From an uncultured bacterium (GTDB lineage: Bacteria > Eisenbacteria > RBG-16-71-46 > CAIMUX01), in NCBI GenBank assembly GCA_964636385.1, contig CAZWSC010000096.1, positions 3,593 to 67,592 on the forward strand: a stretch of DNA of 64,000 bases. Reading direction: 5' to 3'. A program made the translations under genes and the position numbers. The notes below the pieces were generated by a model. It was given only the letters and a program-made list of their open reading frames with translations, searched no databases and had not been told where the DNA came from. Of this stretch, positions 29,453 through 38,008 are shown piece by piece (the stretch's first letter is position 1; the number at the start of each line of letters is the position of its first letter).

Positions 29453-30973
29453 CTACTCAGGAACTCTGACAGCGAGGAAAATCTCCGAGCCGTCCCGCCA
29501 GATCAGAAACAGTGCCGGCCTGCCCCGATCCACGCTGTCGAGGGCCCGCTCCAGGGAGGGTGCACTCAGGACCTTCTCTCCAGCGACCTCAAGGATGACA
29601 TCCCCTGCCCTGATACCTGCCCGTCCCGCGGGCCTGGTTCTGTCGACGTCAGCGACGACTACACCGTCGACGGAAGGAGGCAGGTCGATCTGTCGCCGGA
29701 TTCTCGCCGTCAGCTCCTCGACGGCCAGCCCAAGATCCTGTGCGAGGTTGCGGGTCCGTGCCGTCTCTTCCTTCTCGAGTCCGGCTGCAGCCAGGTCGCC
29801 GTCCAGTTCACCCAGTGTGGCGCGCAGCCTCTCCCTCCTGCCGTCCCTCAGAACGACGATGTCCACCCCGGACCCCGGATCGTAGGCGGTCACCCTGAGT
29901 TGGAGGTCCTCAACACCGGCGATCTGCTGTCCGTCCAGTTCCAGGATCACATCCCCCTGCATCAAACCAGCGTCTTCAGCCGGGCTGTTCTCGACCACAC
30001 GTCCCACAAGGGCACCCCTCGGGCGATCCAGTTCGAAGATCTCCGCCATCTCGGGTGTGAGGTTCTGAATGTTCACGCCAAGCCAGCCGCGAACGACCCG
30101 CCCGGTTCTGATCAGGCTGTCCATGATCCGCTGAGCCATGTTAATGGGGATTGCAAAGCCTATCCCCTGGTATCCCCCGCTGCGCGTGGCGATGGCTGTG
30201 TTGATCCCGATTATCCTGCCGTCCAGGTTGACCAGGGGACCGCCAGAGTTCCCGGGGTTGATCGCCGCGTCCGTCTGAATGAAGTCCTCGTAGTCGGCGA
30301 CGCCGATCCTGCTCCGTCCTGTTGCACTTACTATTCCCGCCGTTACCGTAGAGGAGAGGCGGAACGGGTTCCCGAAGGCCATGACCAGCTCGCCCACCTC
30401 CAGAGCGTCCGAGTCGCCCATCTCAACCGGATGAAGATCCGGGGCGTCGATCCGAATCACGGCTACGTCGCTCTTGGGGTCCCTGCCCACGATCTCACCC
30501 TTGAATGAACGGCCGTCGTGAAGCATGACCTGGATGTCGTCAGCGTCGGCTACCACGTGATTGTTGGTGAGGATATAGCCGTTCCGGCTGACGATCACCC
30601 CGGATCCGCTGCCGACCTGTGGGATATCACGCGGGGCCTGGAAAAACCTGCCGAAGAACTCATCCCCGAAGAAGCGGAAGCCGTCGGGAGCGGGCATACC
30701 GCTGACGCGGATGCTTCTCTCGCTGGTGATGCTCACCACACCCGGAAGCACGGTCCTTGAGATCTGAACGAAGGCCCGGCTTTGACTGCGAAGCGCCTCG
30801 ATCCCTTCGGAAGCGGATTGGGCCGAGGCCGCTCCGGAGCCGATGCTGAATGCTGCCGCTACGGGTTGCCCGCCGCGCGAGATCTCAACCCTCCAGTCGA
30901 GTGGGTTGAGCAGAAGGGTTGCGAGCCCGAGGGCTCCGATTGTCAGGGATATCCAGAAGAAGCGCCTGTTCAT
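29453..30973 (-). CDS. HtrA/DegP-family periplasmic serine endoprotease with two PDZ domains
   Basis: Start at in-frame ATG 30973 (MNRRFFWISLTIGALGLATLL signal/anchor). Catalytic triad context: TNNHVV (His), SDVAVIRI (Asp), GNSGGPLVN (Ser). Two PDZ segments (GALVGRVVENSPAEDAGLMQGDVILELDG and GVVVADVDRTRPAGRAGIRAGDVILEVAG). Confidence 0.85.
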   Translation of the reverse strand: MNRRFFWISLTIGALGLATLLLNPLDWRVEISRGGQPVAAAFSIGSGAASAQSASEGIEALRSQSRAFVQISRTVLPGVVSITSERSIRVSGMPAPDGFRFFGDEFFGRFFQAPRDIPQVGSGSGVIVSRNGYILTNNHVVADADDIQVMLHDGRSFKGEIVGRDPKSDVAVIRIDAPDLHPVEMGDSDALEVGELVMAFGNPFRLSSTVTAGIVSATGRSRIGVADYEDFIQTDAAINPGNSGGPLVNLDGRIIGINTAIATRSGGYQGIGFAIPINMAQRIMDSLIRTGRVVRGWLGVNIQNLTPEMAEIFELDRPRGALVGRVVENSPAEDAGLMQGDVILELDGQQIAGVEDLQLRVTAYDPGSGVDIVVLRDGRRERLRATLGELDGDLAAAGLEKEETARTRNLAQDLGLAVEELTARIRRQIDLPPSVDGVVVADVDRTRPAGRAGIRAGDVILEVAGEKVLSAPSLERALDSVDRGRPALFLIWRDGSEIFLAVRVPE

Positions 30974-31255
30974 GGCTCCTATCCTCCATCCAAATGTTGG
31001 GTAACTCGACCAGGGGCCTGCGTTGTCACCATTGCCCGGATCCCGGCGCCTGGCATTCCATCTGGTCAGCGAGGGCAGCCGTCCGAAAAGAAGAAAACCC
31101 TTCGGATACCGGATGAGTTCCAGGGAAGCCTGAGGCCGGACGGCAGAGAGCTGTCTGCCACTCACGACGGGGGGGCTCGGTGGCGGCTCCCAGGCCAGGC
31201 TTCTGCACCGGTGCCGACGGGGAGATCTGGTGGGGGACTCTCCGCCTCAGTGTCA

Positions 31256-31546
31256 TCAGCTCCGATACTTGGATGGGATGGAGGCCGTATCGAACTTCCT
31301 GTCGGGATGGATCTTCTTCACCTTCTCTATGAGCGCTTCCTCGGTCTCGGATCTGTCCGGATCCGGGACACATGCGCCCGTGGGGCAGACGGCCGCGCAC
31401 TGCTCCTCGCTGTGGAAGCCCACGCATTCGGAACAGAGATCAGGATTAATCGAGTAGATCTCCTCGCCTTCGCTGATGGCTTCATTCGGGCACTCCGGCT
31501 GACACGCGCCGCATGCAATGCACTCGTCGGTGATCTTCAACGCCAT
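31256..31546 (-). CDS. 2x[4Fe-4S] ferredoxin (YfhL-like)
   Basis: 96 aa from ATG 31546. CIACGACQPECP and CSECVGFHSEEQCAAVCP cluster motifs. Track ORF over-extends 51 aa upstream. Confidence 0.75.
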   Translation of the reverse strand: MALKITDECIACGACQPECPNEAISEGEEIYSINPDLCSECVGFHSEEQCAAVCPTGACVPDPDRSETEEALIEKVKKIHPDRKFDTASIPSKYRS

Positions 31547-31845
31547 GGTAGCTTCTCCCTGCCGGCATGTCCGGGGTTCGCGGTCCACCGTCCGCATCCG
31601 ATGCCGGGCGACCGGCCCGCTCCAACACCGCACACTGAAGCTATCAGCGGGGAGATACCGAGTCAATGCGCACGAGGTGCCGGAGTTGAGACCACACACA
31701 TCAGGTTTTCCCGGTGATCCGTGGGAGTGTGTTGACCACGGACGGTGTACGTTCCTAGAATCCGGCGAATCCGATGGCTTGCGTGAAACCCGACCTGGAT
31801 GGGGCGGGCCGTCTCGCCCTCATCGCCGCGCCCGGAGACTCATGG

Positions 31846-32541
31846 ATGACCCTCTCCACCAAGACAGCCCGCGTCATGGCTCACCGCATCCTGGCCAGGG
31901 ACGTGCACGAGATCGTGCTGCGGCCGGAGCCGCGGGAGGGAGAGGCGTTCCGGGCAGGCCAGTACATCCTGGTCCATGCCGGAAGCACGGCAACCCGTCC
32001 CTTTTCGATCGCCTCCTCTCCCGCATGCTCAACCAGCCTGTCGTTGTGCATCAGGCGCTACCGGGAGGGGACCGCCACGCCGGTTCTCACATCCCTGGAG
32101 CCGGGTCAGGTTGTCCGCTATGAGGGTCCGACCGGCGAGTTCCGGCTGGATCCGATGGACCGCGCCCGCCTCTTCATTGCCACCGGGACCGGCATTTCAC
32201 CCCTGAGGTCCATGATCCTTCAGCACCTGGAGTCGGGGGACGACCGGCGTGCCTGGCTCTTCTTCGGCAACCGGTCGCGCGAGGACTGCATCTACCATGA
32301 GCAGTTCCGCGAGCTGGAGTCGGCGTACCGGCAGTTCAGGTACCTTCCCTGTCTCAGCCGCCCGGGCGCTTCCGCCTGGGATGGGGAGACAGGGCGTGTG
32401 ACGGACGTGATCCCACAATGCCTGCATGGCACGACGCCATGGACCGCGTACATATGCGGCCGGGACGAGATGATCGCCGACGTCACACAGCTTCTGGGCG
32501 AGTTGGGAGTTCCGCACGGCCGATGCCGCAGGGAACCCTGA
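31846..32541 (+). CDS. Ferredoxin-NADP+ reductase-like FAD/NAD(P)-binding oxidoreductase
   Basis: FNR-family motifs RPFSIASSP (FAD-binding RxYS-like) and GTGISPLRSM (NAD(P)-binding). Start chosen at in-frame ATG 31846, track start 31774. Stop lies 10 nt before queE. Confidence 0.6.
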   Translation: MTLSTKTARVMAHRILARDVHEIVLRPEPREGEAFRAGQYILVHAGSTATRPFSIASSPACSTSLSLCIRRYREGTATPVLTSLEPGQVVRYEGPTGEFRLDPMDRARLFIATGTGISPLRSMILQHLESGDDRRAWLFFGNRSREDCIYHEQFRELESAYRQFRYLPCLSRPGASAWDGETGRVTDVIPQCLHGTTPWTAYICGRDEMIADVTQLLGELGVPHGRCRREP

Positions 32542-32550
32542 GAGGCGGGA

Positions 32551-33192
32551 ATGCAGCTTCGCGTGTTCGAGATCTTTCACAGCATCCAGGGGGAATCGAC
32601 CTGGGCCGGCCTGCCCTGCGTCTTCGTGCGGCTGGCGGGTTGTCCGCTGCGATGCGTCTGGTGCGACACGGCGTACGCATTCGAGGGCGGTGAACTGATC
32701 TCCGTGGATGATCTGCTTGCCAGGGTGGCCGGCCTTCGCTCTCCTCTTGTCGAGGTGACGGGCGGAGAGCCGCTGGCGCAGGAGGGCACTCCGCTTCTTC
32801 TGACACGGCTGGCGGACGAGGGGTACGAGGTTCTGCTGGAGACCGGCGGTTCGCAGCCGATCGATGGGATCGATCCGAGGGTTCACGTGATCATGGACCT
32901 GAAGTGCCCCGATTCGGGGGAGTGCGACGCGAATCTCTGGAGCAATCTGGATCGCCTCAGGAAGACCGACGAGCTCAAGTTCGCCATAGCCTCGAGGCGT
33001 GACTACGAGTGGGCCCGGAATGTCATCGGGCAACGGGGTCCGAAGGCTGAGTATCCGGTCCTGCTCTCGCCAGTGTGGGGAGTCTTGGAGCCCAGGGAGT
33101 TGGCGGGCTGGATGCTGGAGGACCGCGTTCCCGCTCGTCTGCAGATCCAGTTGCACAACGTAATCTTCGGTCCCGACGCAAGGGGTGTATGA
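32551..33192 (+). CDS. queE: 7-carboxy-7-deazaguanine synthase (radical SAM)
   Basis: 213 aa. N-terminal EIFHSIQGEST...CVFVRLAGCPLRCVWCDT is the QueE Cx14Cx2C-type radical-SAM motif. Followed directly by queC and queD. Confidence 0.85.
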   Translation: MQLRVFEIFHSIQGESTWAGLPCVFVRLAGCPLRCVWCDTAYAFEGGELISVDDLLARVAGLRSPLVEVTGGEPLAQEGTPLLLTRLADEGYEVLLETGGSQPIDGIDPRVHVIMDLKCPDSGECDANLWSNLDRLRKTDELKFAIASRRDYEWARNVIGQRGPKAEYPVLLSPVWGVLEPRELAGWMLEDRVPARLQIQLHNVIFGPDARGV

Positions 33193-33235
33193 TCGGGCCA
33201 TCTGGTTGCACAGGCCTGACCGACATGGAGTGTTC

Positions 33236-33985
33236 ATGAGCAGGACGGGAGGCGACAGGACTCGGCCGGCTGCCACACGGGGTCGTTCCGGCGGCGGAGA
33301 CACATCTCCAGGGAGTGCGGTTGTTCTTCTGAGCGGCGGGCTGGACTCGTGCGTGACCCTGGCGATGGCAGTGTCGGAGGGGCTCGCCTGTCATGCGCTT
33401 ACCGTCCGCTACGGGCAGCGTCACGGTGTCGAAGTGGATCGCGCCATTCTCGTGGCGAAAGCTCTTGGCGCCGTGGAACACCGAATCATCGATCTGGATC
33501 TGGCCGGCTTCGGGGGATCCTCCCTCACGGGAGAAGGCAATGTCCCCAGAGGCGGCCGTGACGGCGCGGACGCCGAAATCCCCTCCACGTATGTTCCGGC
33601 CCGAAACACCATCTTCCTGTCGCTTGCACTGGCATGGTCCGAGGTCCTCGCGGCGGATGCGATCTTCCTCGGCGTCAACGCCCTCGACTACAGCGGCTAT
33701 CCCGATTGCCGCCCGGAGTTCATCGAGGCATTCCAGTCGCTTGCCCGGGTGGCGACGCGGGACGCCGTTGAGGTGGGTCCTGTGGAGATCCGCGCGCCAC
33801 TGCTGCGCTGGACCAAGGGCCGTATCGTCCAGGAGGGGGTCCGCCTGGGGGTCGACTTCCGGCTGACCTCGTCATGCTATGATCCCGCACAGGATGGCAG
33901 GCCATGCGGGGAGTGCGACAGCTGCAGACTTCGGGCCAGGGGCTTTGCAGACGCCGGTGTCCCCGATCCCCTGCTCGACCGCTGA
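33236..33985 (+). CDS. queC: 7-cyano-7-deazaguanine synthase
   Basis: PP-loop VVLLSGGLDS. C-terminal zinc-binding Cys cluster CGECDSC. Start at in-frame ATG 33236 leaves a ~30-aa Gly/Arg-rich N-extension, so the real start may be further downstream. Confidence 0.8.
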   Translation: MSRTGGDRTRPAATRGRSGGGDTSPGSAVVLLSGGLDSCVTLAMAVSEGLACHALTVRYGQRHGVEVDRAILVAKALGAVEHRIIDLDLAGFGGSSLTGEGNVPRGGRDGADAEIPSTYVPARNTIFLSLALAWSEVLAADAIFLGVNALDYSGYPDCRPEFIEAFQSLARVATRDAVEVGPVEIRAPLLRWTKGRIVQEGVRLGVDFRLTSSCYDPAQDGRPCGECDSCRLRARGFADAGVPDPLLDR

Positions 33986-34035
33986 CGTGCGCTGAACGGC
34001 CCGCGGAGCCGGGCCGGCAGAACAGGGAGGGTGCA

Positions 34036-34398
34036 ATGCCCCATCGTCTGAGCAAGATCTTCCGCTTCGAGGCTGCACACTTCCTCTCCAAGGTACCTCC
34101 GGATCATCCATGCCGCAGGATACACGGGCACAGCTACGAGGTGACAGTGACGGTTCAGGGGGCGTTGGATCCGTCAACCGGCTGGTTCATGGACTACAAG
34201 GAGATGAGCCGGGCAGTGCGGGCCGTACTCGACCCTCTGGATCACAGCTTCCTGAACGCAGTGCCGGGCCTGGAGAACCCGACGTCCGAGATCCTGGCTG
34301 TCTGGATATGGGAAAGACTGGCTCCCGGTCTCCCGGGGCTCAGGCGCGTACGGGTCAAGGAGACCCCTGCCTCGATCTGCGACTACAGCGGGCCCTGA
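34036..34398 (+). CDS. queD: 6-carboxy-5,6,7,8-tetrahydropterin synthase
   Basis: 120 aa from ATG 34036. CxxxHGH zinc motif CRRIHGHSY and catalytic region HRLSKIFRFEAAHFL, typical of QueD/PTPS. Confidence 0.85.
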   Translation: MPHRLSKIFRFEAAHFLSKVPPDHPCRRIHGHSYEVTVTVQGALDPSTGWFMDYKEMSRAVRAVLDPLDHSFLNAVPGLENPTSEILAVWIWERLAPGLPGLRRVRVKETPASICDYSGP

Positions 34399-34417
34399 CG
34401 CGGTGACGCAGGCTGGT

Positions 34418-35029
34418 TCAGCGATGACGCAGGGTCATCAGCAGGGCTGACTTGCTGCGCTCATACAGGGACTTGATCACCCCCCATGTTGTCTCAACGT
34501 CTTCTTCCTGTTCTTCCAGGGCGGCGAGAATCGCCATCTCGATTGCGTCAGGGTCGAATGCGGAGTCGTCGGGACCCGGCGCCAGGTAGCGGACGAAACC
34601 GCGGCGGTTTAGCACGAGGGTGCTGTTGTAGGACAGGTCGTAGACCCTCGCGACTGACGACCCACCGAGCAGGATAACGTAGTCGGCCCCGGTCATGTCG
34701 CGGAAGTACCGGACATCGTCGAGAGTGCCGTCCCAGCAGTCAATGCCGATGACCTTGACTCCGTCCGTCCGGTACCGGCTGTACATGTCCTGAAGTATGC
34801 GGGCGGACTCGAGGCAGACGGCGGCGTTGTGCCCAAGGAAGTACAGGACTACGGCGTTCCCGCGGAAATCAGACAGCTTCCGGACCTGGTAGTCGAGGTC
34901 GTAGAGGGAGAAGTCTGGAGCCCGATCGCCTACCTGCACCGCACCGGAGGTGACTGCAGTCCCGGCAGCAAGTGCTGCCAGAATCAGGCTTTGCCACCAC
35001 CGAAGTGTGCGCACCCCAGGCACAGGCAC
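34418..35029 (-). CDS. Secreted TlpA/redoxin-like thioredoxin-fold protein with C-terminal TWGVIKSLYE motif
   Basis: 203 aa. Signal peptide WWQSLILAALAAGTAVTSGAV. Redoxin-like GDRAPDFSLYDLDYQVRKLSDFRGNAVVLYF, but the CxxC position reads NAAVC (single Cys). Acidic linker EEQEEDVE, then TTWGVIKSLYERSKSALLMTLRHR at the C-terminus. Confidence 0.55.
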   Translation of the reverse strand: MPVPGVRTLRWWQSLILAALAAGTAVTSGAVQVGDRAPDFSLYDLDYQVRKLSDFRGNAVVLYFLGHNAAVCLESARILQDMYSRYRTDGVKVIGIDCWDGTLDDVRYFRDMTGADYVILLGGSSVARVYDLSYNSTLVLNRRGFVRYLAPGPDDSAFDPDAIEMAILAALEEQEEDVETTWGVIKSLYERSKSALLMTLRHR

Positions 35030-35270
35030 CTCCTTGTCCCGGTCATCGCACCAGGTCTAGTGTCCAACGACGTGCTCGGTCCAGCTCCCCGATTCCGTGA
35101 CGGGATGAAGAGGCCGAGCGATGATGATTGTGCCGGGTGCAGTCTAGCGTGGTTTGCCGACAGGGGCAATGGTGTCGTGGGACGGACCCTGAGGGTCCCG
35201 GCCACCTGCTGTCCAGGCGTGCGGAGCGCCGTCTCCTGGCAGAACAGCACCTGACCCCTGCCTGCACGGG

Positions 35271-35691
35271 TCAGCGGAGATCGTAGTGCCGCATCGCCTC
35301 CGGGATCTGCTCCCTGATCTTACGGGTTCTGGTCTGATCCGATGGATGCGTGCTGAGGAACTCCGGGGGGATGCGCCGCCCTTGAGGTCAGCCATTCGCT
35401 GCCAGAACCCCACCGCTTCTGTCGGGACATCCCCTGATCCCTGAAGTACCTTTCCACCGCAGCCTGCAATCTGGTTCCGACCCGGCGCACCATTGCCGTC
35501 CTCTCCGCATCCCGGCTTGCCGGGTTCGAGGAGATGAACGCGGCGTACTGGTCGAACCTCATGGCGTTCAGGGTCGCTGTCGGGATCAGGCTCAGCTGTC
35601 TCCGGCCTGTGATCGGAATGGTGGCGCACGCGGCTGCCGGGAGCGCGAGGATCAGGAGGATACCGGCGACGGGCTGAATACGCGATGGCAT
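35271..35691 (-). pseudogene. Degraded M48-family metallopeptidase: N-terminal lipoprotein-like segment and C-terminal STHP segment separated by a frameshift at a C6 run, catalytic HExxH core missing
   Basis: Frame A (35320-35691): MPSRIQPVAGILLILALPAAACATIPITGRRQLSLIP...VRRVGTRLQAAV resembles M48 N-termini (C-x-NPVTGRR-L-L ... RVG-RLAAA). A second frame from about 35363 down to stop 35271 reads EFLSTHPSDQTRTRKIREQIPEAMRHYDLR, like the M48 C-terminal (P)EFLSTHPS..R motif. The frames meet at GGGGGG 35365-35370 (C6 on the coding strand). No HExxH segment exists between them. Confidence 0.4.
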
Positions 35692-36089
35692 GATCTGACC
35701 TCCCTGCGGGGTCCTGGCCTCACCTGCGGCCCACATGCACTGATTGCGACCCGGGAATGCCCCGCAGCCAAGGCCAGGGTCTCTTCTTCGGATCAGTGCC
35801 GGGAATCCCGAAGTCGGATGAAACAGATTCAGCCGGTGGTTCGTACGGCCGATCTGTTCCCCCGGGTGACTTTTCACTTGGAGGTCCGGAAGCGGGCATG
35901 TATAGTCCGCGGGAGTTCAACAGGTCAGGCGCCTGTCGCCAATAGATACACTCGAGGCCAGGGAGTCAACTGAGAGGGTCCACCCGGATGAGCCGCATTT
36001 CCATCTTTCGTGCAAATGCACACCGTGCGATTGATGCGGTGGGAGGAGTGTACCCTTAGGCTGACGCCATACCAGTAGCCGGTACGCAA

Positions 36090-36119
36090 CCCGCCGCTCC
36101 CTGGAGTCCGGCGGGTTTT
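36090..36119 (+). terminator. Intrinsic-terminator-like hairpin plus U-tract in the 5' region upstream of the ABC exporter pair
   Basis: CCCGCCG-ctccctggagtc-CGGCGGG followed by TTTTCTGTTTCTG, read directly from the sequence. No coding gene ends upstream on the plus strand. Lies about 70 nt before the ABC start. Confidence 0.4.
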
Positions 36120-36187
36120 CTGTTTCTGCCCGCCGAAGTCCATAACTCAAGTCGACCAAAGGCCATTTCGGATTGAGGCGGACAGAT

Positions 36188-38008
36188 ATGAGTACGCAGT
36201 TTCTCGATTACGAAACCCCGGGCGAGGAAGCCCGTGGGATGAATCCCCGCGATGCGTTCCGGCAGCTCTTGCCGCTTCTGCGGCGTCACCGGTCACGGCT
36301 GGTCTTCAGCCTGGCGCTACTGGTTGCGGCCACCGGCCTCTCGCTCGCGTGGCCATGGCTCATACAGCAGGGGATCGACGGGCCGCTTGCAGGGCAGCTC
36401 GGGCGTCCGGCGGGGGAGAGGCGTTTCGGCCCTCTGCTCGCTCTGGGTCTGGCGGTGCTGGCTCTTCAGACCGGTTCCCTCGTCCTGCTCTACCTGCAGC
36501 GGATCCGGCTGGAGACGGTCGGGCAGGATGTGATGCTGGAGCTGAAGACGAGGCTCTTCCGGCACATCCTCTCCCAGGACGTCTCCTTCTTCGACCGCAA
36601 CCCCGTGGGAAAGCTGCTGGCCCGCGTGGAGTCGGATGCCGAGTCCCTGAGGCTCCTCTTCACCAACACCGTTGTCCTTATCGTGGGCGACGTGCTGATG
36701 ATCGCCGGGATCTGGGGCCTGATGCTGTGGAAGCACACGGGGCTGGCGCTTGTGGTGTTCGGGTCGATGCCTCTCATCATCGTGCTCGTGTACACATTCC
36801 ACAGGATGACGACGCACCGTTTCCTGGAGGTGAGGCGCCGCATGGCGGAGGTCACCGCCACGCTGACGGAGTTCCTCCACGGGATGTCGATCGTCCAGAT
36901 CTTCCACAGGGGAGCGTTCGCAAGGCAGCGGGTCCGCAGGGCGAACGAGAGCAAGTTCCGGGAGGACGCCTACGTCAACGTCGTCGTCTGCTGGTTCTTC
37001 AACGCCCTCTTTGCGATGGAGACGGTGAAGGTGGGGCTTCTGCTCCTTCTGGGCGCCTACTGGAATGTGACGCCGGGGATCATCGTGCTTTTCGTCCTTC
37101 TCATCTGGAAGGAGTTCGAGCCGATCGCCCGCGCCGCAGACCAGCTGGGCAGCTTCCAGAAGGGGCTGGCCGGAGCGCGGCGGATCTTCTCTCTTCTGGA
37201 GGAGATGCCGCAGATTGTTGATCCGGCTCTTCCCGTGCCCGGCGGCGCTCTCGGAAGGGGGATCCGTTTCGAGAACGTCTGGTTCTCCTATACGGATGAC
37301 GGGAACTGGGTTCTGAAGGATGTCAGCTTCGAGATCGAGCGGGGAAGACGTGTCGCGCTCGTGGGCGTTACCGGAGGTGGCAAATCCACCGTGATATCTC
37401 TGCTGCTGCGCCTGTACGACCCGCAGCGCGGCCGGATCACGATCGACGGCGTCGACATCAGGGAAATGGAGCGCGCCGATCTGCGCAGCCGGATTTCCCT
37501 TGTCCTGCAGGACATCTTCCTCTTCCCGGGAGACGTGGCGTGGAACATCTCACTGGGGGCTGACGGGATAAGCCGGGACCAGGTGGAATCGGCCGCCGGC
37601 ACCGTGTCGGCCGACCGTTTCATACGACGGCTGCCCGCCGGCTACGAGACCGAGGTGTCGGAGAAGGGAGCGAACTTCAGCCGCGGCGAGAGGCAGCTTC
37701 TGTCCTTCGCACGCGCTCTGGTGCGCAACCCGGACCTGCTCGTGCTGGACGAGGCCACAAGCTCGGTGGATCCCGAGACCGAGAGGGAGATCCAGGAGTC
37801 GCTGAAGAGGCTGCTCGCGGGAAGAACCTCCCTCATAGTGGCGCACCGGCTCTCCACCATTCTCGACGCGGACCGGATCCTGGTCATGCGCAACGGCAGG
37901 ATCGTGGAGCAGGGCGCGCATGAGGCGCTGCTGACCAACAACGGATACTACGCAAGACTCTTCGCCCTGCAGTTCGCGGGCGGCAATGGAGAGGCATGTC
38001 ATGCATAA
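36188..38008 (+). CDS. ABC exporter, fused permease/ATPase subunit (type I exporter, heterodimer partner 1)
   Basis: ATG 36188 with GAGG RBS; track uses TTG 36173. Six-TM domain then NBD with Walker A GVTGGGKST, signature LSRGERQLLSFARAL and Walker B LLVLDEATSSVD. Confidence 0.85.
   Translation: MSTQFLDYETPGEEARGMNPRDAFRQLLPLLRRHRSRLVFSLALLVAATGLSLAWPWLIQQGIDGPLAGQLGRPAGERRFGPLLALGLAVLALQTGSLVLLYLQRIRLETVGQDVMLELKTRLFRHILSQDVSFFDRNPVGKLLARVESDAESLRLLFTNTVVLIVGDVLMIAGIWGLMLWKHTGLALVVFGSMPLIIVLVYTFHRMTTHRFLEVRRRMAEVTATLTEFLHGMSIVQIFHRGAFARQRVRRANESKFREDAYVNVVVCWFFNALFAMETVKVGLLLLLGAYWNVTPGIIVLFVLLIWKEFEPIARAADQLGSFQKGLAGARRIFSLLEEMPQIVDPALPVPGGALGRGIRFENVWFSYTDDGNWVLKDVSFEIERGRRVALVGVTGGGKSTVISLLLRLYDPQRGRITIDGVDIREMERADLRSRISLVLQDIFLFPGDVAWNISLGADGISRDQVESAAGTVSADRFIRRLPAGYETEVSEKGANFSRGERQLLSFARALVRNPDLLVLDEATSSVDPETEREIQESLKRLLAGRTSLIVAHRLSTILDADRILVMRNGRIVEQGAHEALLTNNGYYARLFALQFAGGNGEACHA

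Noticed and set aside
32197-33303. 368-aa minus-strand ORF antisense to queE/queC
   Set aside because: queE and queC carry their diagnostic radical-SAM and PP-loop motifs on the plus strand.
35700-36080. Possible SRP-RNA-like segment (GGUCCGGAAG... and AGGUCAGG) in the long leader
   Set aside because: Only partial resemblance to the SRP domain IV consensus. The expected GGAAGCAGCC continuation is absent, so not called as an RNA gene.
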